A stretch of 64,000 bases of DNA from NCBI GenBank assembly GCA_964621065.1, contig CAZULG010000001.1, positions 78,803 to 142,802 of the forward strand. Direction: 5' to 3'. Numbering within the stretch: the first letter of the stretch is position 1; each line of letters begins with the position of its first letter. This DNA is from an uncultured Methanosarcinales archaeon. Lineage in GTDB: Archaea; Nanobdellota; Nanobdellia; Woesearchaeales; UBA583. Position numbers and translations under genes: made by a program. Shown piece after piece: positions 46,799 through 55,195 of the stretch. The notes beneath the pieces were generated by a model, which saw only the letters and a program-made list of their open reading frames with translations, searched no databases and was not told where the DNA came from.

Positions 46799-47353
46799 TT
46801 AATAATAAGAAATCACTTCAATCACCCCCATTTGAACTCGTTTAGTTTGCGGATCATACACACTTACAACTCCTCTGTGTGGTAATATTCTATCCCCTTG
46901 AAACTTAGAGTCTTCAAAAAAATTAGCAGTATTATTGTGAATGACAAGTTTTGTAACTTCAGGAACAAAACTAATATCTTGAGATAAGTCATTAAATGAT
47001 ATATTATATAACGATATTGTAATTGTTGATACTCCAAAGATTGAATTCTTGGTAATATTGTCTAATTGAGAAAATGATTCAATATTTAATTTATTTAATA
47101 CACGAGTTTGAGAATTTGAAGAACTATCTAAATATGGACCATACGTAATAACTCTCTCAATTCTCTCTAGTGCTTGAGTATCTTGCGTCTCACGCTGCGA
47201 TTCTTGAAATGAACTCTCTAAACTTGATATATAAAATTGAGCTCCAAAAATAAATGCAAAAAACACAATAATTAAAATTGCAAATGTTTCTCCAAATTTA
47301 ATTTGCCCTGTTAAAGAATTAAATAACACATGATGATTATTTTTAGCTCTCAT
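46799..47353 (-). CDS. hypothetical pilin-like (class III signal-like) protein
   Basis: SLTG/QIKFGETFAILIIVFFAFIF has a pilin-like N-terminus. The start is chosen at Met7 (47353), 21 nt from the shared TATA box. Confidence 0.45.
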   Translation of the reverse strand: MRAKNNHHVLFNSLTGQIKFGETFAILIIVFFAFIFGAQFYISSLESSFQESQRETQDTQALERIERVITYGPYLDSSSNSQTRVLNKLNIESFSQLDNITKNSIFGVSTITISLYNISFNDLSQDISFVPEVTKLVIHNNTANFFEDSKFQGDRILPHRGVVSVYDPQTKRVQMGVIEVISYY

Positions 47354-47374
47354 TACTCTATACAGACTCAATAT

Positions 47375-47383
47375 ATTTATAAA
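47375..47383. promoter_or_regulatory. single near-palindromic TATA box shared by divergent genes
   Basis: ATTTATAAA lies exactly 21 nt from the ATG at 47405 (plus strand) and 21 nt from the ATG at 47353 (minus strand). Confidence 0.45.
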
Positions 47384-47404
47384 GTTACTTTTTCAAGTCT
47401 TAGT

Positions 47405-48355
47405 ATGACATCAACTCTACTCTTCAAACTTGTACATATAATGAGTCTAGATAGTAAAATTACAACTAAACAACTTGGTAAAGAGCTCAACACATCTCAG
47501 CAAAATATTTCTCATATTCTTAAAAAAGCACTCGAAGAGGGGAAAATTTCAATGTATGAGACAGTTATTGATCCTTCACGCTTTGGATATGATTCATTTT
47601 TAGTTTTATTAAAAATTAGAAATTCATCAAAGAGAACGCTCAATAAATTTGGAAAATTATTTAAAGAACACACCGATATCACAGGATGTTACTCATTATT
47701 TGGAAATTATGAAATCTTACTTAAATTTACGTGTCTTAATGCTTCTGCATTCAATAAGTCCTTTAAAAAAATTCTACAAGAAATTCAAGAATATATTATC
47801 AATTTTACTATTTTAACACAAATTGTTGAATACTACGCAACTCCTTCATATATTAGTCCAAAGCGGTTGAGAAGCACAATTTTAATAGGAGCTGATAGAG
47901 AATCATCTCAAATATCTTCAAAAGAGAAGGAAATTCTATCTCAAATACAATACAATTCTCGACTGAGTTCTTCAAAAATAGCATTCTCACTTGATACAAC
48001 TGCAAAGACCATTATTGACACAATTAAAAAACTTGAACAAAAAGAAATTATTAAAGGATATACAATATCATATCATCCTGAACAAATTGGAATTGAACAA
48101 TATTTATTATTATTTAAAATTTCAAATAATGATGATGAGAATGATATTGTAAAACATTTGAAAGCTCACCAAAATGTCACTAAAATTATTAAAATATTTG
48201 GAGAGTGGGATATAATTATTCAATTTGAAACATTTTCGTTTAAACAATTACAAGAATCACTTGAAACCATCAAAGATGATTTTCAAATTTTTGATTATCA
48301 ATATATTTCTATTTCAAAACGATTATTTTGGAACTCAATGCCTGAGATTAAATAA
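47405..48355 (+). CDS. tandem Lrp/AsnC-type transcription regulator (two wHTH plus RAM-like modules)
   Basis: Two copies of an HTH (ITTKQLGKELNTSQQNISHILKK; SSSKIAFSLDTTAKTIIDTIKK), each followed by a ...YDSFLVLLKI / IEQYLLLFKI module. ATG at 47405 is 21 nt after the TATA box. Confidence 0.7.
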   Translation: MTSTLLFKLVHIMSLDSKITTKQLGKELNTSQQNISHILKKALEEGKISMYETVIDPSRFGYDSFLVLLKIRNSSKRTLNKFGKLFKEHTDITGCYSLFGNYEILLKFTCLNASAFNKSFKKILQEIQEYIINFTILTQIVEYYATPSYISPKRLRSTILIGADRESSQISSKEKEILSQIQYNSRLSSSKIAFSLDTTAKTIIDTIKKLEQKEIIKGYTISYHPEQIGIEQYLLLFKISNNDDENDIVKHLKAHQNVTKIIKIFGEWDIIIQFETFSFKQLQESLETIKDDFQIFDYQYISISKRLFWNSMPEIK

Positions 48356-48360
48356 TTTGT

Positions 48361-48792
48361 TTATTTGTAATTATTATCATTGTTTCTAGAATTTTTATTT
48401 TTAAATATATAATTTGTATTATTATTAAAAAGGAGTCTGTATATGTCTAATATTACTATAATTACTAAAACTGAAATGAATATAAATATGAGTGAATTAT
48501 AATTATATGAAGCCTCAAATTCTAATTCAAAGAAACTATTTAAAGCTCTTGTCATACCAGAGGAATAGAATTCAAAACCCAAGAATTCGTATAAGCCTAG
48601 TTTTGAGAATACTGAAAATAATGGAATGTATGATATTGGAAAAATTGTCAAAAATAAACTACAAAATACAATCATAATCAATCGTGAAGAAGGTTTTTCT
48701 AAGTTAATTATAGAAATTAGACTTTTAAAAATATATTTAATATAAATTCTTAAAAAGGATTTAGTCTTTTCGTAAATACTTTCCGTCTGCAT
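48361..48792 (-). CDS. small membrane protein, DUF2752-like (Cys-less)
   Basis: SSGMTRALNSFFELEFEASYNYN resembles the CGxTRA...A..NP core of DUF2752. It lies next to a TM2 gene. Confidence 0.35.
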   Translation of the reverse strand: MQTESIYEKTKSFLRIYIKYIFKSLISIINLEKPSSRLIMIVFCSLFLTIFPISYIPLFSVFSKLGLYEFLGFEFYSSGMTRALNSFFELEFEASYNYNSLIFIFISVLVIIVILDIYRLLFNNNTNYIFKNKNSRNNDNNYK

Positions 48793-48988
48793 CTTTCAAA
48801 TTATCTGTTACAATCAAAATTAAATCAATTAACCACCAAATTCCACATCCACCTAATGTAATTAATTTTAATATTCCTAAAAGGATGTATCCCATGTAGA
48901 ATCTATCAACTCCTAATGTACCAACTAATGCTGATAATAAAACTGCAGCAATAAAACTTCTCTCTCCAACAGGTGTTCTTTGTACCAT
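48761..48988 (-). CDS. TM2 domain protein
   Basis: GTLGVDRFYMGYILLGILKLITLGGCGIWWLIDLILI is the TM2 signature. A TATA box lies 20 nt upstream. Confidence 0.8.
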   Translation of the reverse strand: MVQRTPVGERSFIAAVLLSALVGTLGVDRFYMGYILLGILKLITLGGCGIWWLIDLILIVTDNLKDADGKYLRKD

Positions 48989-49008
48989 ATTAATAGTATA
49001 AAAATAGT

Positions 49009-49018
49009 ATTTATAAAT
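49009..49018 (-). promoter_or_regulatory. TATA box candidate for the TM2 gene
   Basis: ATTTATAAAT lies 20 nt upstream of the start at 48988. Confidence 0.45.
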
Positions 49019-49065
49019 TTTTTTAACTCATTATTTATCATTAATGTAAAAAGTTGAATTATTAA

Positions 49066-49491
49066 TTATAATAATCCTAAAATTCCAATTACAAGTAAAA
49101 TAATTCCTACAACTACTTGCGCAGGTCCTAAAAACTTAGCTAGTTTGGACATTCCTGGAATTGCTTCTAACACTCCTGCTGCTAAAATAATTCCTCCTAT
49201 GAGTAATGACCAAAATTCAAGTCCTAGCAAACTGATGTTTAATAAAGCTAAGACTATTGCAACAATTCCAAATACAGCTTGAAAACTTCCAAGCCATTTT
49301 GCAAACTTCTCTAAATGTTTACCAACTCCTGGTAATACACCTATTACTCCTGAAAGTAATATTAGTCCTGTTAATATGTTAAATATTTCTAAAAGTGCCA
49401 TTTTTATATAAAATACTCTATTGAGTATAGTACTAAATACTATGATTTCTAGATTTATAAATGTGTGTGAATAATTCTGGATAAAAATCAC
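49066..49491 (-). CDS. small membrane protein with internal two-fold repeat
   Basis: GVLPGVGKHLEKFAKWLGSFQAVFGIVAIVLAL is repeated as GVLEAIPGMSKLAKFLGPAQVVVGIILLVIGI. The start is uncertain, and Met31 at 49401 is possible. Confidence 0.45.
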   Translation of the reverse strand: MIFIQNYSHTFINLEIIVFSTILNRVFYIKMALLEIFNILTGLILLSGVIGVLPGVGKHLEKFAKWLGSFQAVFGIVAIVLALLNISLLGLEFWSLLIGGIILAAGVLEAIPGMSKLAKFLGPAQVVVGIILLVIGILGLL

Positions 49492-49506
49492 AATTAAAAA
49501 TTTATA

Positions 49507-51642
49507 TTAGTAATTGTTGGAATTAACAAGATTCTTTTGTTTTTTCCCATAACTTAAGCTCAAAATTGCTGGGACTAAAATAATTGTCACTAAAAACACA
49601 CTCAAAATTGAAAATGCAAGTGCGAGTCCTAAACGTTGAATCCCTAAAAGTGTTGCAAGAGTGAGGGCTATGAATCCAACAAATGTTGTAATTGTTGTTA
49701 AAACTAATGCTCCTCCTGAATAATTAAGTGTGTTTTCCAATGCTTCACCCAAATCTTCCCCTCTATTGAGATAATTCAACGTAGAGTTTACAAGGTGAAT
49801 TGAGAAATCAATACCTATTCCTAGAACAAGTGCAATAAGACCAGTTGAGAGCGTTGTAAATGGAACTCCTGTAAATCCCATCATTCCAACTCCCCAAATA
49901 ATTGAGATAATAATTGGTAAAATTGACATTACTCCAACTTTTAGGGAGAAATATGTTGCAGTTGCAATGATGAAGACAAGTATAAAACTAATTGCTGTCG
50001 TAATTCCTGTGTCTCTTCCTAAACTCTCTCCTAACTCTGAGAATCGAATTGCATCTCCATAAAGTGTGAGTTTTGTACCATATGGTTCATAGCGCTTTGT
50101 CATCTCTTCAATTTGTTCAACAACTGAGGAAGTTCCGCTCTCACTTACTCCAAAATCATATGCAACAACGCGAATTGTAGTGAGTGTGTAATCTGAGTTA
50201 AACTCATTTTGCAGTTGAGGAGAGTTCAACGCTTCAATAATTGATTGTGAGTTTAAATCAATATCTGAAAATGGACTTGTAACCTCACGAATGTTAGGAT
50301 TACTCTCAATAATTGACTCTAATTCTTGAAGAGCGCGAACAACATCAACATCGCGTAAATCTCCTCTGCTTGATTCAACTACAATTTCAATTGATGAAAA
50401 ATCATCTCCAAATGCGTATGAATTTTCTCGAAATGATTCTTGAATAGGATCATCTTCAGGAATCCAATTATCATTTTCTGTGTTAAATCCTACTTGACTT
50501 GCACCTACTGCCATAATAATTGTTACAGCAACAACAGCTAAAATTACTCCTTTTGGATGATATGTTTGAAACCGAGCTAGCTTGGAGAGTAATTGTTTTA
50601 TTTTAATAAATAATTTCACTTGAGAAGGTGTATAGTGAGATGCAAACATATTCAATAAACATGGTAAAAGTCCAAATGTCATAAAAAAGATTCCAATTAT
50701 TGCCATACTCAACACAATTCCTTGGGATTGAGAACTTGGAGAAACTCCAAACATGAGTGCTGCAAATCCTGCAAGTGTTGTAATAAACGACGCTATAATT
50801 GCAACATGCAAATTATCCATCGCCTCAATAATAGATTGTCTATGCGAAAATCCTTTGTTGAGATATTTTTCAAATCCCATTAATACGTGTATTGTAAAAC
50901 TCACACTAATTCCAAGTACTAATATTCCAACAGCTGCAAGAGTTATTGTAATTGAAATTCCAAATAGAGTCATCATTCCTGCAAGAACAATTAAACTTGA
51001 AGTTGGTATACTTAGAGCAATTAGTGTAACTTTTAAATCTCTAAAATACCACAATAAAATTAAAAATACTGCGATAAATGTAAATGCAAGTGTATTCAAA
51101 TTATCTGATATAAGAAGTGTATTAACACGATTTAAAAGAAGAGGAAATCCTGTAAATGTTGATTCAACTCCTGCAATTGTTCCTACTTGTTCAACATAAT
51201 ATTCTAAATCTTCTATCACTATTGAAAATCCATCTTCACGCCGAGGAGTATCAACTAGAACAATGAGTTGGGCAAAATCATTATCTTCATTAAAAATTGG
51301 ACCTCTGACACTCTCAACGTATTGGCTCTCTTCAAGTATGGGTTTTGCATCATTAATTCTTGATTGAACTCGCGAATCTGTTAAATCATCAATTCTATTC
51401 TCAACAAGCTGTGAGTTAGGATCAACTTTAAAAAATAAGATAAATGCATCATTTGAACCTTGTGAATTTGCTAAAATTCTATCATAGGTGTTAAATTGAG
51501 AATCAGAACTAACTAATGATGAAAAAGAAGGATCAATTGTGAGTTGAGTTGCAAAAAAACCAAAAAAACCAATAATGAGAAAGAATATTGCAATAATTGG
51601 AATTGAGTATTTAAGTTGTTTCTCAAGCAGTTTTCTAATCAT
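49507..51642 (-). CDS. MMPL/RND superfamily exporter
   Basis: 711 aa with a duplicated 6-TM-plus-loop architecture and SSD-like TM bundles. Confidence 0.75.
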   Translation of the reverse strand: MIRKLLEKQLKYSIPIIAIFFLIIGFFGFFATQLTIDPSFSSLVSSDSQFNTYDRILANSQGSNDAFILFFKVDPNSQLVENRIDDLTDSRVQSRINDAKPILEESQYVESVRGPIFNEDNDFAQLIVLVDTPRREDGFSIVIEDLEYYVEQVGTIAGVESTFTGFPLLLNRVNTLLISDNLNTLAFTFIAVFLILLWYFRDLKVTLIALSIPTSSLIVLAGMMTLFGISITITLAAVGILVLGISVSFTIHVLMGFEKYLNKGFSHRQSIIEAMDNLHVAIIASFITTLAGFAALMFGVSPSSQSQGIVLSMAIIGIFFMTFGLLPCLLNMFASHYTPSQVKLFIKIKQLLSKLARFQTYHPKGVILAVVAVTIIMAVGASQVGFNTENDNWIPEDDPIQESFRENSYAFGDDFSSIEIVVESSRGDLRDVDVVRALQELESIIESNPNIREVTSPFSDIDLNSQSIIEALNSPQLQNEFNSDYTLTTIRVVAYDFGVSESGTSSVVEQIEEMTKRYEPYGTKLTLYGDAIRFSELGESLGRDTGITTAISFILVFIIATATYFSLKVGVMSILPIIISIIWGVGMMGFTGVPFTTLSTGLIALVLGIGIDFSIHLVNSTLNYLNRGEDLGEALENTLNYSGGALVLTTITTFVGFIALTLATLLGIQRLGLALAFSILSVFLVTIILVPAILSLSYGKKQKNLVNSNNY

Positions 51643-51735
51643 TTTTATTATTGAGGTTGTATTATAGATGAATTATGGTTGTATGAAATTGAATAAATAA
51701 TATTTAACTAAATGTTTAATTAAAGTTTCTAACTA

Positions 51736-53040
51736 TTACTTTTCAGTTTCTGATTTTGATTTTTGTGCAGATTTTTTCTGAGAGGAGTTATAAAAATATC
51801 CAATGATAATTGAGCCTCCTATTGTGATAATAATTAAACTAATTAAATATATTCCCAAACCATCAGTTGCTTCACGCTCAACAGTAATTGGTATTGTCTC
51901 AGATTGTGTGAATCTATTTGAACCAACCAAACTCTCAAAATCTCCATTCACGTTATATGTTTGCACAAGAGCTGAGTCTAAAATATCTACTGGAACAATT
52001 ACAGTTGCAGTCTCATTCACTTTCAAGTTTGAACTAATAAACAAAGAAGTAACTTCAAAATCAAATGGTGCTGAAGGATCTGGAAATAAACGAAGTCGTG
52101 CATCTTTTGCATCTTCCTCTCCAATATTTTTAATTTCAACTTCTAATTCATTTCCACTATTTCCTGCTTGAAGGGTTTGTCTAGGAGTAATTGAGACTAT
52201 TTCAAATCGTGGAGATTCACTAAGTCGAATTTGAAAATCTAGAGCATCTTCTCTAATATCATATGAATTATCAACTGGGCGTTGTTCTCTATATTGAACG
52301 TCTAATAATGATTCAATATTTAAATTTGTAATATCTTGATTCATCTCTTCAATATTTAAATTTGTAATATCTTGATTCATCTCTTCAATATCAAAAGTGA
52401 ATTCTGCAACTCCTTCTCCTCCAGCAGGAATAGTTGCTATTGTATCACGCAAACTATAGAAGTATGATTCTTTAATTACATTATTTTGTGGATTAAGAGT
52501 TACTTGAACTTGCTCTGCATCTCGCTCTCCATAATTTTGAAGAGTAACCCTTAGAGTATTAGATTTTGTATCTTGCAGCAAATCTTGAGGAGTTGATTGA
52601 GCTTGAGCAATTGAGAGATCAACTCCTCTATTTGCTCGTTGAACAAAAATCTCATCTTCAAGTTCAATAGTTTGTAATCCTTCTTGTATTTGTAGAGTAA
52701 GAGGAATATTACCTGTTGGTAGGTTATCTGAGAAATACACTCGAAATGTTCTTGTAATTGTCTCACCTGTATTAATTGAAAAAATTGTAAATTCTTGCCC
52801 ATCTACAGGTTGAATCTGTTGAGTTTCTTTAAGCGAGAATTGTAATTTATTCAATTCTGTACTATCTCCTGCATTAAATGTATCTATTTTTACAGTAATA
52901 TCTGCATACTCTCCTGCTTCAATTGGAGATGGGTTTGTTGAGAGCACTTGAAAATCATATGCATGTGTAAATGCAACGCTTGAAATAATACAAACTACAA
53001 AGAGTAAATATTGTAATAAAATTGCTCGTTTTGTTTTCAT
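51736..53040 (-). CDS. secreted CARDB/S-layer-domain-like protein with C-terminal TM anchor
   Basis: A signal peptide is followed by repeated beta-sandwich-like modules (GEYADITVKIDTFNAG; RVTLQNYGERDAEQVQVTL; VEIKNIGEEDAKDARLRL) and a terminal TM. A TATA box lies 22 nt upstream. Confidence 0.6.
   Translation of the reverse strand: MKTKRAILLQYLLFVVCIISSVAFTHAYDFQVLSTNPSPIEAGEYADITVKIDTFNAGDSTELNKLQFSLKETQQIQPVDGQEFTIFSINTGETITRTFRVYFSDNLPTGNIPLTLQIQEGLQTIELEDEIFVQRANRGVDLSIAQAQSTPQDLLQDTKSNTLRVTLQNYGERDAEQVQVTLNPQNNVIKESYFYSLRDTIATIPAGGEGVAEFTFDIEEMNQDITNLNIEEMNQDITNLNIESLLDVQYREQRPVDNSYDIREDALDFQIRLSESPRFEIVSITPRQTLQAGNSGNELEVEIKNIGEEDAKDARLRLFPDPSAPFDFEVTSLFISSNLKVNETATVIVPVDILDSALVQTYNVNGDFESLVGSNRFTQSETIPITVEREATDGLGIYLISLIIITIGGSIIIGYFYNSSQKKSAQKSKSETEK
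52314..52392. repeat. perfect 36-bp tandem duplication (2.2 copies) inside the CDS
   Basis: CAATATTTAAATTTGTAATATCTTGATTCATCTCTT occurs at 52314-52349 and again at 52350-52385. It encodes the duplicated peptide EEMNQDITNLNI. Confidence 0.9.
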
Positions 53041-53062
53041 CTACTTTATATATTAGAATTGT

Positions 53063-53072
53063 ATTTATAAAT
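53063..53072 (-). promoter_or_regulatory. TATA box candidate for the CARDB-like/MMPL unit
   Basis: ATTTATAAAT lies 22 nt upstream of the start at 53040. Confidence 0.45.
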
Positions 53073-53259
53073 ATAATTAAGGACGTTAAAATAATTAAAA
53101 AAAATTCACATATATTATGGTGACTTATCTGAGTATTGATAGTATGATTTTTTAGTAAATATTCATAAATAAAATAAATACATAAATATCAGTTTTAGTT
53201 TATAATAATTATAAATTATGCATATTGATTAATGGTATTAAATGATTTTTATATAAAAA

Positions 53260-53640
53260 ATGAAAAAGAATGAAAACACATCAGACTTTATCCTTCTCTC
53301 TACTTCTTCACATAATGTTAAGAAAAGCACATTTGAATCCCAACTATTTCTAATTCAATCATTAGATGATGTTTCTCTAATTATTAATCAACTCAATAAA
53401 GAGCACCCTAAAGCTTCTCATATTTGTTATTGTGCTCGTTTTGATGATGAAGTAATTATTAAAAATGATAGAGAAGTTGGGGATCCTGCAAATATTGCGC
53501 GCAATATACTCTATTATAATAATCTTAACTCACATGTTCTCGTTACAATTAGATAATTTGGTGGTGTGAAATTAGGAGTAGGAGGAGTCATTCCAGCGTT
53601 TAAAACAAGTGCAGGAAATTGTGTGAGAAATTTAGAATAA
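53260..53640 (+). pseudogene. IMPACT/YigZ (UPF0029) family gene interrupted by an in-frame TAA
   Basis: ASHICYCARF...EVGDPA...HVLVTIR-TAA-FGGVKLGVGGVIPAFK. The stop at 53554-53556 sits where the family has the Tyr of RYFGG. The frame continues to 53640. Confidence 0.6.
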
Positions 53641-53858
53641 AATGATTCACATTTGCTCATCTATATTTTTTTGCTCAAATTTTTTGTTCCGCTCGCATTT
53701 AGCGTCAGTAAAACTGACTAACGGAAAAATCTTTGATTTTTGACCTTATCGCTACCACACATCCACGCATCCTATAGCATTACAGCCGCTCAATGTTCAT
53801 TGGTTCAAGGCTTCTTGTGAACCCTTTTCACACAGACATCCATAAATTTTTTCAAAAT

Positions 53859-55193
53859 TTACGGTGCATACGAGCAGCGAAAACCACGGAACGTGGAACC
53901 CGAAGACGCATTGCCTCCAAAACTCGCAGTAAAGACTCCTGCGTCGGCACCATTTATCCAGCGCCCACCCCGGAGCAAGGCACGCCCTGTTGAATCGTAT
54001 GAGAAAATTCGTCCTACTCCTTCATTTGCGTTATAATCTCCCAATGGACCCATTTCATACCTCGTATCAGTAGCATTATCTTTTGAATAGGGAGCTACAA
54101 AACTACACTCACTATCACCATCATTACCAAAGTAGCTATACCACCCATCTCCTCCTGAACACACATTTTCATTGAAACTTGAGCCATCTTCTAACATATC
54201 TGTCCATTCATGAGCATTTCCTCCTAAATCCCAGATAATTTCACCATTACTTAACTCTAATACTCTGCGCTCAGTACTTGGTGCTGAATTGCCAGTGCCA
54301 TCGTAATAATCGCCTGTATTACTCACTGATAAAGCATTGTTGGGATTATCATCACTATGTCCTCTATACATACTCCCACTGCCAACAGTGCTACTATCCC
54401 AATTTTCATCTTGTTGTTCTGCATCTCTTGCAATTGTCATCCACTCGCGATTGGTAATCATTTTAAATGTTCCATCTAAACTACTATGCTCAGAATTTAA
54501 ATCAGTGCAAGCACTACGTGCATCTGTGAAATTGATATTTACCCACGGTGTTGAAGAAGGTTGTGATGTGGCAACTCCTGATACATCTTTGGCTTCAAAT
54601 TGCATGACACAAAAATCACTGGTGCCAAAATAACTATTCCCAGGAACTTCTACCCAATCTCCAGGGATGGATGAGCAATCAACGCTTGAAGTGGAACTGC
54701 TTGTTACATTCCAATCAAAAGGAAAATCACTTAAATCAACTTTTTTCAAATCTTCGCTCGTGTTAGTTTCAAAATTAACTTCAAGCACCCCCTCAGGGTT
54801 TGTTCTTGAGAAAAAAGTTTGATTATAAAGAAATATATCAGGAATACTATAATAATATTTTTGGTCTGAATTTTCACCATCTAAGCGAATATCTTGAAGA
54901 ATAAAAAAAGACTGATTTTCTACAAAAGATAATGGGAATTTTTTCAAATCAACAGGCTTTATTTGAATTGTTCTATTTAATCTATGTGAACTAGATTCTG
55001 CTCTATCAAATTCATCAATGATGACTTGAGCAAATTCTTCTCGTTCTTGATTTAAATCTGCTGTATTAAAAGAAGATATAAAATATCCACTCACTCCTAA
55101 TAAAAGTCCTACAACCACAAGTAAAAATACAGTTAACACTAAAAATTCAAATCCAACTTGTGATTTATTATGTATCTTTTTAAAATAGCCCAT
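53859..55193 (-). CDS. pilin-like N-terminus fused to an FGE-sulfatase (SUMF1-like) domain protein
   Basis: N-terminus KSQVGFEFLVLTVFLLVVVGLLL. C-terminal blocks NREWMTIARDAE, GGNAHEWTD and RGGRWINGADAG...FRGFRCSYAP. Confidence 0.7.
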   Translation of the reverse strand: MGYFKKIHNKSQVGFEFLVLTVFLLVVVGLLLGVSGYFISSFNTADLNQEREEFAQVIIDEFDRAESSSHRLNRTIQIKPVDLKKFPLSFVENQSFFILQDIRLDGENSDQKYYYSIPDIFLYNQTFFSRTNPEGVLEVNFETNTSEDLKKVDLSDFPFDWNVTSSSTSSVDCSSIPGDWVEVPGNSYFGTSDFCVMQFEAKDVSGVATSQPSSTPWVNINFTDARSACTDLNSEHSSLDGTFKMITNREWMTIARDAEQQDENWDSSTVGSGSMYRGHSDDNPNNALSVSNTGDYYDGTGNSAPSTERRVLELSNGEIIWDLGGNAHEWTDMLEDGSSFNENVCSGGDGWYSYFGNDGDSECSFVAPYSKDNATDTRYEMGPLGDYNANEGVGRIFSYDSTGRALLRGGRWINGADAGVFTASFGGNASSGSTFRGFRCSYAP

Positions 55194-55195
55194 TT

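Noticed and set aside
52314-52392. The tandem repeat could be a mini CRISPR array.
   Set aside because: The two 36-bp units are directly adjacent with no spacers. They lie in frame inside a CDS, and no cas genes are in the window. No CRISPR-like repeat-spacer pattern was seen anywhere in the 64 kb.
53128-53170. Possible C/D-box sRNA (ATGGTGA ... CTGA ... TGATAG).
   Set aside because: The box spacing is far too short for 10-12-nt guides, the C box is imperfect and no terminal D box or closing stem is present.
53554-53556. The in-frame TAA in the YigZ-like gene could indicate stop-codon reassignment (TAA = Tyr).
   Set aside because: TAA is used as the terminal stop of many well-conserved genes in this window (for example valS and the r-protein genes), and no other conserved gene contains internal TAA.
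53793-53993. The 66-aa plus-strand ORF in the GC-rich patch.
   Set aside because: It is antisense to the strongly conserved FGE C-terminal block, and its translation (Arg/Thr-rich) has no recognisable features.
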